Source: Callorhinchus milii (lineage: Eukaryota). From it: DNA of 64,000 nucleotides. Under the pieces are notes generated by a model. That model worked only from the letters and a program-made list of their open reading frames with translations, was not told the DNA's origin and ran no database searches. The DNA is taken from positions 186,001-250,000 of the forward strand of contig NW_024704804.1 of NCBI RefSeq assembly GCF_018977255.1. Direction: 5' to 3'. The translations under genes and the position numbers were made by a program. How positions within the stretch are numbered: the first letter of the stretch is position 1; every line of letters begins with the position of its first letter. This document shows, in pieces, positions 53,706-64,000 of this stretch.

Positions 53706-54030
53706 GAATAATAATAATAATAATCCTTGCATTTGATATAGCGCTTTTCCAGTCGGGAGGACGTCCCAAAGCGCTTCACAGAACACACTGTAAAGTGAAT
53801 TGACTGTATATTTGTGGGCGAACGCGGCAGCCAATCGCGCACAGCAATGTCACACAAACAGTCGTAGATTGAAAATGACCAACTTATTATTGTTTTTTTT
53901 TTTGAAGGGATTATTATTAGGCTCTGTGTGGAGTAAGGAAACTTGCCCAAGGTTTCGCCCTGTCTGGAATTGAACTCAGGTCTCTCGCTTGCAAAGCGAG
54001 TGCTCTAACCACTGAGCTACAGGACTCCAC
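53706..54030 (-). mobile_element. Young full-length tRNA-derived SINE specific to the copy 4 unit
   Basis: Interrupts gcagtgggtca|gcgagcatt, which is contiguous in the other four units. Confidence 0.92.
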
Positions 54031-55065
54031 AGCGAGCATTTGTCTAATCAATCACACCGTTAGCCACCGCCAACTCCTCCAGATGCAGATAGTGATTGCC
54101 GCGCGGCTGATAACAGCGATAACAAACTCCAGCATTGCTGGGGTCAACGCACCTACAGACTCGAATTGAATTTCCAAACTTTAGAGTAACAAGAGAATAC
54201 AATATGAAACAGTTGCTTTGTTCAAATTAGGTAAATTGTTTATTAGCTGATAAGGTAACTCAGCAAATAACGAAAGGCGGAACAGAAACTGTATACAATT
54301 CAGCTACTAGTACAAGTATCTTACAGGTAAATTTTCAGTGTGCCTTTGCATCATAATTTGTCACAACTCTCGAAGCATCTGTAAATGACTAATAAATGCA
54401 GTCCTCAAGACAACACTCGATTTTCTTCCTTTTAAAATTAACCAAAGACCAATACACGATTAAATTCCTTTATTTTAGAAGCCACCTCGATCCTCTCCTC
54501 ACCCAATAGCCCCACATAAACGAACAAGCTGCTGTTCCTTCCCAATTGAACCACGTCTCCCTACTCTCTCTTTTGCATTTATAACCTTCTTAACATATAG
54601 GGTTGGCCGTTACATCAACTTGCCTAATCAACAAGTATTTGAATAATCTATTCATTTATTTTTAGTCACATTTTTGCTCGTGATGAGTTTATGTTTAAAA
54701 AAACATTCTGGTTAAACAGCAACACGCATTTGCTCCTTGTTGATTTTGTCTGAGCGTATTTTGAAAGGAATCTGGAATAAAATACTAATAGTAGTAATAA
54801 TTATATCAAAGTATCTGGAAGCAATTTCGCTGAGCAACAAGGTGGCTTACAGATCATGAAGCCCCATTCATTCGTTAATTGGAACCTATTTGACAGTATA
54901 TTCTGTGAAAGCCTTTCAGATGGCGTGGTAATGTTCTATATCCATTACAAGGATTATGATTAGTGCAGTGCACCGATTTAAATAAAAGCCAGGCTATCAG
55001 TTGCTCATTAAATTATGATTCGTTTTCAACTTTTCACAAATTAAACGAGTGGCACACGTTTCATT

Positions 55066-55964
55066 TTACTTATTTAGATTAAATATGTGGTTAAACGGAT
55101 AGATGACAAGATATTTGACACTCTCTCTGAACTTAGATTGTGTTAAAGCATAAATGACTGTATTTGTGCAGCAACTCAAAACCATCAGCATGTCTGTCAC
55201 TTGTTGGACAATAAACACTGGGTCATTGTAACTGATGTAGAAATAATTGTCCAACGTTCGTAATAATATGAACTCTAAAACATACATCAGCCATAACACG
55301 ATGAAGCTGCCGGATATGGCGAAGAGTAAGATAATGGATTTCCTTCGATTCCCCATCTCTGCATCACTGAGACTATTGCTTCTCTGGTGCAGGAGTTTTC
55401 TGCGGATTCTGTTGGCCGCTAAAATGTGACTGACTGTCACCACGTTCATCAGCAAAATCAGAAAGAATGGAACAAACGGGGATATTATAGTGTCAAACCA
55501 GTGGAACACAATCCATGTGGGAGAGGTGTAGAAAACCGCTTTGGCCTTGCAATACCAAGGCACTTGGTTCAGTATCTCTCTGGGCTCAAACATAAAGTAC
55601 CAGGGAATGCTGATGAAACAACTCAGAGCAGAAATCACTCCGACAACTACGGCTGCTGTTCTCTCGGTGCAATAACGTGTTTTCAGTTTCACCCAACAGA
55701 TGGCGACCAGGCGATCAAAGGTGAAAGCCACTGTGAACCAGACTGACATGTGTGTCACCGCCGACATCAGCACCAATCTGAGTGAACACACGGGAGTGAT
55801 GTCCAGAAATGTGTGATTGAAATAAAGAGAATGTATCTGGTTCAAAACCACATCGTTGATGGCGAACAGGAGATCGGCCACTGCCATGGCCACCATGTAG
55901 ACGGTGATACATTTTGAGAGCCCACACTTTCCCCGGGACAGGACCACAATGGCCAACAGATTCG
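55066..55964 (-). CDS. GPR139/GPR142-like GPCR copy 4, exon 2
   Basis: 899 nt, intact 7TM motifs. Confidence 0.93.
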
Positions 55965-57275
55965 CTGTGAGAAAGTGGAACAGCAAACAAACATATTTAC
56001 CTGTGCGCTGCGTAAGTTGATGGTATTTAGCTCAAAGTTCATTCACGCAGCAGTTTCCCATCAATACTCATGGATTGATGGGCCCATTTAAAAAAAATTC
56101 AAAGCATTAATAAGGAATATTGAAATGATCAAACACAGGAATCGCGCTTGACAGGCGACTTCGGTAACCACTGAGCTGCAGATATTATTTAACCAATGAA
56201 CTACAGACGAAAATAACCAGTAACATGTAAGAAGTTCTGCCGAATTCCCTCTCTGTCGCCTGTTCTGTTGGACATGAAAGATCTCCTGTGACACTACCAG
56301 AAAATAGAAAGAACTACGTCCACATTTCCTGACCATGTATACACCGAACAAAGTGTGTATCCTCAAATATTTATTGCGCTTCTCTGGTTACAATCATGTT
56401 AATTTCTGATATGATAATGTCAAGTATATGCATTGCGTATAATCTGAAAGATGTGCACTTCATTTAATGTCAATGTGTGGAGCTGCAGGTGAGAACATAA
56501 AGCCGAAAATTCGCTTCCACTAATTGAAGATAACGCTAAAAATTCCACTATATTAATATGAAAAAGTTCGACTCACGCACAGCACAATTCGCAATAACGT
56601 CAAAATAAATCAAGGGCACAACCGTGCTATTTATGGTCAGACAACGAAAATTTCGAGATGCTCAAATATTTTTCTCACTTGTCACCCCAGCCCCCTCCAT
56701 GCACAGCATCCAGCTCATTCAATACAAGTCCAAAGGTGTCCACTCTCACACAATCTCCGCACACCCTTCACTCCAGTCATCGCCAGGAATCCCTGCATCC
56801 TTTCCAGAAAACACATTGATATAAAGATATTCAAAATATTTGCAAACCATTCCTTGCACTGACATACCTCTGTCTCTCAACCTAATGACAGAACTGGCTC
56901 ACTCATCCGATCAATCCTTCCTCACCGCCAGGCATTCTTACAGCCAATGTGTCGTGAAACACTGAAGTCTCAACGTCTCCAACTCATACCCTTTTGAGCG
57001 ACCGTCAGATCAGACCGAAAGATATTCTTTTAGGACTGTACCTCCTGTCACCATTGTAACACGCGTAGACACTCAACGAAGAAGGGACCCACTATCAGTC
57101 TCACAGCGAGTGTGGAGAGGGTTCAGCAAACGACAATATCTTATCTTTATAGAGACATCAAAAAAGACATCAGCTTAACAGAAGTCACAGCTGGAGAAGT
57201 AGAAATAGATATGTGTGCCATGCGCAAACTTGTGGTACATCGTGATACAAGTAAAATTTGTATCTAACTAATTAC

Positions 57276-57375
57276 CTGCAATACCAATAGCTGCAAGAAT
57301 AGGATAATAAACTATCATTATCCGAAATAGTGTTGGCAGATACTGCCACGGAATGAAGGCTACAGCCCTCAACAT
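57276..57375 (-). CDS. GPCR copy 4, exon 1
   Basis: ATG at 57375, MLRAVAFIPWQYLPTLFRIMIVYYPILAAIGIA, donor G|GTAATT. TATAAA at 57434-57429. Confidence 0.88.
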
Positions 57376-58552
57376 TGTGTATCACCAGCGGATACGCTGT
57401 CAGTGCTGGACACTCAAAGCTGTCAGTCTTTATATCCCAGAACTGTCTCCACTGGGAATAGGCTATTTGCACAAATGATTGTGCAACACCAATGTTTCTC
57501 TTCTGGCACGAACTGCTGACCGGATTCCTTGGGGGAGGTAAGCAGGATCTCTTGGGAGTTGAGACTAATTTAAGGTGTCGTGCTCAACAAAAGAAAGCAG
57601 GATTGAAATCTAACCTGTGCAGTGTTCAAAGTGTGTCTTTGTCTGATTCAGGCCATCTACATCTTGTATTAAATGACTGTGTTTGCGGGTTGTGATCAGA
57701 GGGCATAAATGGCGGCTGAGGTCAATGATATAAGAAAAGTTTCGTTATCAGGCTCGTGGGTTGGGGATAGAGAAAGTGCTGATCTTGTCCTGGCCCAATA
57801 TTCACCATAAATATTTGTTTTTACTAAGTGAGAGTGAAACCAATATTGTCCCAAACTATGACAGAGTAGATGCACCTATTACGCAATCGCTCTGTGTGTT
57901 AAATCACATAACGTTATTTCATAAGAGAAAATATGAGATTCGTGTTTCAAAAAACCAACATTCGCTGCTTCAAGCTCTGACTCTGTAACTTGCATTTTCC
58001 ACAGATTCACTATTCGCTAACTGAAATAATAATTGTGTAAATTTATTCTGAATTTCACCCATTTAGATTACTAAGGACAGCAACTATGTCGCCTCCCAAA
58101 CATCTCTTTTGTGGTGTGAACATGGCCAAAATACTTAGCCACACCTCAGGTTCTAGGCCCTCCATACATTGAATCATTTTTGTTCCTCAACTCCACATCT
58201 AATAGCTGAGGTCATCAGCACACGTTGCGCTGTGGGTACACATTCTGTCCATCCTCTGCCTCCTATTGTGTGCCCAGCGATGCAACAGCAAATCTCCTCG
58301 GGTTTGGCAAGAAGGACATTTGCTAAATTCTTTGCCAGATGCTGCCCTTATTGACCTGCTTTGAAGTTTTTACTCCAGCCGAGCTCAATCTCTCAGTGTA
58401 TTTTGGCTGCTCTGGACTGCTCAGAGATTTGTACGGTCTTCAGTCAGATGGCCACCAAACATCAGATAACTGAAATGAACCATTTACTGAACAGGCCCAC
58501 ATCCCTGGTGTCATTCTGGTACATCTCCTCTGTTTCCATTCCAACACATTAT

Positions 58553-59112
58553 TATCATTCCTAATGTGAGAACTTGCAGATCTGCAAACAATGCTGCAGG
58601 TGCAATCTGTCCAATGATATGCATACATGTGCCATTGCCAGTTAACTTGTGCTCACTATGGTTCTACCTAAAAAGCCCTGTACACTGGCAGCTTTTACAT
58701 AGATATTTAGACACGCATTGATGGGAAGGTTACACGACGTGGCACTTTCAATTTATTAGTTATTACCAGCCATGTTCCGTTCCTCTTCTGCAGCTAGGAA
58801 GGCACAGCCCGTTTTGTTAATATTTTGAATATTTAATATATATCGATCAGAATTAGCAGTGGTCCCAGTACAGACAAATGGAGAACACCACTGCAGACTT
58901 CCCTCCATACTGAAATTGCCACCCAGTATATCCTTTCCATCAATGGGTATCGAAATGTCTGTCTAAAAGCTGCCAATGTAATGGGTTTTATAGTTTGAAC
59001 CAGAGTGTGCACAAGTCAACTGACAATGGCACATTTGTGCACATCATTCGATAGATTGCACCTGCAGCATTGTTTGCATATCTGCAAGTCCTCATATTAG
59101 GAATGATAATGA
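58553..59112. repeat. ~200-bp local inverted repeat with a ~160-bp spacer
   Basis: 58553-58750 (tcattcctaatgtgagaacttgcaga...gtggcactttca) is the imperfect reverse complement of 58910-59112. Confidence 0.82.
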
Positions 59113-59750
59113 CCGTTCACCTCTACACTGTGCTTTCAGTAACCGAGACAATTCTGTTTCCAAGCTGCCACCGTCCCTTTAAAATCGTGGGCTTCTATTT
59201 TGGTTACAAGTGTCTTATATGATACGATCTAATATTTTTAAAATGCATAACAATACCAACTGGAGAACCTTACTCCACCCTCTCCGTTACTTCATAAAAA
59301 AACTGTATCCAGTTTGTTAGACCGTATTGACTGTTCTGTATTATACCATAATTTTCTAAGTGGAAATGTATTTTGTCTCGGATTGCAGTCTCCACAGTTT
59401 TCCCCAGGAATGAAGTGAGTTTGACTGGCCTATAATTATCGGTTTTATCGTTCTGCCGCATTATGTACAGTGGACTAACACTTACATCACTTCCGACATC
59501 TGGCAGCACACTGGTGTCCAAAGAGCTTTAAGAGATTTTTCCCGGAGCCTCCGATATTTCACCACTTATTTCCTTCAGTAAACTAGGATTCATCCCGTCC
59601 GGTCCGGGTTTCCTATCTACCCTGAGCACCGATTGATTTGTAGTAATTTCTCTCGGTAATTCTTGACCAAAACAATTTCTCTGCTCTCTTATTCGATACT
59701 GTGGCATTGGCTGCATCCTCATCTTCTGTGACCACGAGAGAAACATCTGT
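59113..59750 (-). mobile_element. CR1-like LINE ORF2 fragment
   Basis: KPGPDGMNPSLLKEI; PLY...NYRPVKLTSFLGKTVE..IRDKIHFHLE..IIQNSQYG. Confidence 0.8.
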
Positions 59751-60873
59751 CTATTCCTTTGAAGATTTGTCCCCAATGACAGTTTCATTGAAACTCTTCT
59801 CGGTGTCCCACTGAGCATCCGTTTGCCATTGGCTCCTCTCCACAGAGTTGTCCTCTCCCTGACCGGACATGTGTGATAATGACACACATTCATGTGAATT
59901 CTGCACTGCCCGTCCCCTCTTCCTACCACAAGCACAGATACTCTCTCTGAGCGCTCTGTGGCTGTGGGATGACAACCTCCTGAAACGTTAGGTCCATGAA
60001 CACACAGAGTCACTCATTCCTTTACTGTCTCTCTCCCACATTCACTCGGCCTCTCTACAATGGAGAGAGTGAGAGAGAGAGAAAGAGAGAGTATGAGAGG
60101 CACACAGAGAGAGTTAGATAATGAATGTGAGAGACAGAGAGAGAGTGTAAAATTCTGAGAGAAAGTGTTAGAGAGAGAGAGAGAAACAACATGACGTGGT
60201 GTAAAAGTCTATCATGTCGGCTGGACGTCCAAGGCCGCAAAACAGACAGAGATTCCGAGTTAGTTCGCAGTTTCTCATCAACAAACAAACAAACAAACTG
60301 CGTTTATTTCTCCTCCTTCACGGAGGGTTGGGGTTCGGAGCTTCTCCTCAGTGTTGGCTTATAATTGACGAATCCATTTTCAATCATTTTCGTGTGCTTA
60401 TGTCAATAAACAGTTTCGCACTGAATCCCATGACATTAATTGTGTTGCTCAGTCCCTGGTCTGGTTATCACCATCTAACGCCAGAGAGCGGTCAGACACA
60501 GACAGCAATTCATTGCTTCTGCATCTCTCCAGGTGGCTGTTGTGGATTTGAGGGAAATAATCATTTGCTGTGATTTAGTCTGGGTTCAAATTACAAATAA
60601 AGAGGGTGGTGTTGTAGTGTGTAACTGCTCACAATGTTCTGAGTAATTATACTATTTATAATAATTCGGCATTTGACATTGCGCTGTTCACGTCTTGCAG
60701 ACGCCTCAAAGCGCTTGTTTAGTCAACTCCCTTCTCCTCCTTGAGGGGAGGTGACCAGTGTCTTCCTGGAGCTGATCTGGAGCTCGGCAACAAATGTGGA
60801 ATGGAGCCATTCCTGCGTGATGGTCACTCGGGTGGACACTGTGATCTCTGCCTGTCCCGGGCTGTGTGTGTGC

Positions 60874-60922
<49 letters not shown>

Positions 60923-61829
60923 CGTGTCTCTGTGTGTTTTTCTGTGCCTGTGTGTGTGTGTGTTTGTGTGTGTGTCAGTGTGTGTATTACTGTGACAGTG
61001 TTTGTGTGTGTGTCGTGTGTTCCTGTGTGTGTCTGTTTGTTTCTGTGTGTGTTTGTGTCTGCGTTTCTGTGTCTGTGTGCCTGTGTCTGTGTCTGTGTCT
61101 GTCATCTGTCTGTCTCTGTATCTGTCTGCGTTGATGCTCGTGTGTATCGCTGTCTGTGTGTGTATGTTTGTGCCTGTGTGTGTGTGTGCGTGTCTCTCTC
61201 TCTCTGTGTGTATATGTGTGTGACTGTGTGTGGTTGTGTGTCTAACCCCCTGAGCTACAGGACACTTTACAAAGACAACTTTGCATTGAATCCTGCAAAA
61301 ACTCAGTCACTACACTGTCCTGTGAAGCGCATTGAGAAGTCTCAAAGTCGTGATAATGCGCTGGGATAAAGACAATTATTATTGTTGTTGTTACAAAAAG
61401 ACTTTTTAATCGCCCAAAAAAACACGTCTCCCCTTTAAGAAGAGGACGGACTCGCTTTAAATCAAAATACTGTCTGCAGTTTTATATAATTTTTTATGCA
61501 GTTTTTTGATAGTGATTCATATTCTAATGATGAATATTTTTATTCTGCAAATAGAAATGAAATTATTGGCAATATAAGTTTGTTTGATTCCAAATCCGTC
61601 TTTTCTTCCCTTGGAAATAAGAGATTTTCTACAACACATGTGATAGAAATCAGGTAATACCTGTCTAAGGCTGATTCAATGTGTTAGTCACAACTTACGG
61701 TTGATTCAGTTTGCAAAAGACTTTGCTGAATTATTTCGCTTTCCTTTAAGCGTGTGAGTCTGTGAGTGAGTGAGTTAGTGAGTGAGATAGTCAGTTAGTG
61801 AAATAGTGAGTTGTTTATATTTTTATACT

Positions 61830-62390
61830 GTGTGTGTACAGGAGAGATACCGGACAGGCTGTGTGTGTGTGGGAGATATTGGAAGAGGCTGTTTGTACAG
61901 GAGAAAGATTGGGAGAGCTGTGTGTATACAGGCAGGACACTGGCAGTGGCTGTGTATATACAGGGGAGTCAGTGGAAGAGGTTGGTTTATACAGTGGAAG
62001 ACACGGGAAGAGGCGACGTGTACAAGAGGCTGTGTGTATACAACAGAGACAGCGGGAGAGGTAGGTGTGAAGGTGTAAAGTTTCTCTATCACGTTGTGTG
62101 TAAAGGAGAAACGCTGGGAGTGGCTGCGTTTATGCAGGAGTAACACTGGGAGAGGCTGGTGTATACATTGGGAAACACTGGAAGAGGCTGTGTATGAAGG
62201 AGGAACACTGGGAGAGGTCGGGTGTCCACAGGAGAGACCCTGGGAGAGGTTGTGTGTATACAACCGGAGGCACTGGAAGAGGATGTTTGTACAGAAAAGG
62301 CCCACAGAGAGTCTGTGTGTATACAGGAGAGACACTGGGAGTGGCTGTGTGTATACAGGAGAGACACTGGGAGCGGTTGGGTATATAAAT
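61830..62390. repeat. ~32-bp minisatellite (inverted copy of 5870-6280)
   Basis: tgtgtgtatacaggagagacactgggagaggc units. Confidence 0.8.
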
Positions 62391-64000
62391 GCTAAATAAT
62401 GATCCATCAAGAAAAAAAAAAGAGAATTTGATCACTCAATCCATGACTGTTTGTGGGTCGCTGCTGTACGCAATTGGCTGCCGCGTTTAATCCACATACA
62501 GACAGTCAAATCACTTTACGGTATATTCTGTAAAGCGCTTTGAGACGTCTAGAAGATGTGATAAGGCACTGGATCAAATGTAAGCATTATTATTATTTTT
62601 ACTATTATTATTACAGAGTGAAATCTTCTTCCTGCCACTCGCAAAACCCTGCAGCACCACTTCACTGCCACCAGAGTGCAGTGCTGCGCTTTGTAACTAC
62701 CCACAGTATTCTCATGAAACATAATAATAATAGTAATAAACTTGTCATTCGATATTGCGCTGTGAGAGTCTCACAGGCGCCTCAAAGCGCCTGTTTAGTA
62801 AAAACAATCCCTTCTACTCCGTTACGGGAGTGAACAGGGTCTCTCTCGAGCTGATCTGGAGCTTGGCAAACAATGTGGGAATCAAGTCAATCTTGTTTGA
62901 TGGACACTCGGGTCGACAATGCGATCTCTGCCCGTCCCGGGCTGTGTATGTGTGTGTGTGTGTGTGTGTCTGTGCATGTCTGTGTGTCCCTCTGTGTCTA
63001 TGTGTCTGTGTGTTTGTGCATCTGTGTGTGAGTGTCTCTGACGGTATGTGTATCGTGGTGTATCTTTGTGTGTGCCCGTGTGCGCGTGTCTTGGTGTGTC
63101 TGTGCGTAGAGAGGAAACTTGCACAAGGTTTCGCCCCCAATTGGGGATTGACCCCCTGTCGCTGGCTTGCGAGGCGAGGGCTCTAATCCCTAAACTACAG
63201 GACCTGTTACAGAGATAGTATACGGTATATACTGTGAAGCGCTTTGAGACGTTCCGAAGACGTGATGACACTCGGGTCAAATAAAAGGATTACTATTATT
63301 ATTATAAAAAGGGCTATAACCCCATTAAACCTCGTCTCCCCTTTAAGACAGTGACGGCCTCCCTTTAAAACCCAAATATGGTCAACAGATCAAAATCCTG
63401 CTCTGGCCCCGTGACCGAACCCAGCCCCGCCCCCAGCTCAGGCCACGCCCCTAACCCTGGCCCCGCCCCTATTTGTCTCCAGTTTGTAGCAAAGCCTACA
63501 GCGGCTGATTGACAGAGAGAAAGTTAGAAAGTGAGAGTGAGTGTGAGAGAGAGGGAGAGAGTTAATGCAAAAAGCGGTTTATATATTTGGGATTAATGCA
63601 GAATTGGGAATATTTTGCACTGATGCACTTTAAACCCCGATGATCTGAGGGGAATTTACACCCGTTTCCCGTGTTTGTCCTCGGCTGTGGGATTGCAATC
63701 AAAACCCAAAGTTAACGCAAAACCGTATTTATATCATTGTGATTAACGGAAACATTGGGGTTTATTAAACTATTGCACTTGAAACACCGCGGAAATGGGG
63801 GCTTTTAAAACCGTTTCCCGTGTTGTACACAGAGAGCGCTTTATTATTTAAACAGAAAGCCAATGATAAACCCCATGGGTATCATTGGGATTAACGCAGA
63901 TTTATAAAGCCTGGGATAGGCATTGAGACGTCTGGCAGAAGTCAAGAGGAGCTGTGTACAATGTGGGGATTATTATTGTCGAGATCAGGAGCTGAAAGCT

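Larger units (their letters stand above)
48850..64000 (-). repeat. Right arm of the ~15-kb inverted segmental duplication (runs off the window)
   Basis: Reverse-complement colinearity with 4190-18817. Confidence 0.92.

Overview
Vertebrate genomic DNA, most likely a cartilaginous fish (inferred from the TRIM exon style, the GPR139-like receptor type and the tRNA/Deu-like SINE plus L2/CR1 repeat content). The window holds the last two coding exons of a TRIM/RFP-like B30.2 (PRY-SPRY) gene (73-188, 3400-3941, +). It is followed by a segmentally duplicated cluster of two-exon, 332-aa class A GPCR genes of the GPR139/GPR142-like type: four intact copies (one +, three -), one orphan first exon whose second exon is deleted, and one frameshifted fragment of a divergent paralog. 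Each duplication unit also carries a decayed B30.2 exon remnant and an unexplained CpG-rich element downstream of the receptor. Region ~4190-18817 is an inverted copy of ~48850-64000 and ends at a 30-N gap. The most notable signal is that the receptors vary mainly at predicted ligand-pocket positions, show mosaic (conversion-like) relationships, and share a TATA promoter with conserved C/EBP-type sites plus RUNX/Ikaros-like sites. This suggests a diversifying, possibly leukocyte-expressed receptor repertoire. All alignments were done by eye and repeat boundaries are approximate.
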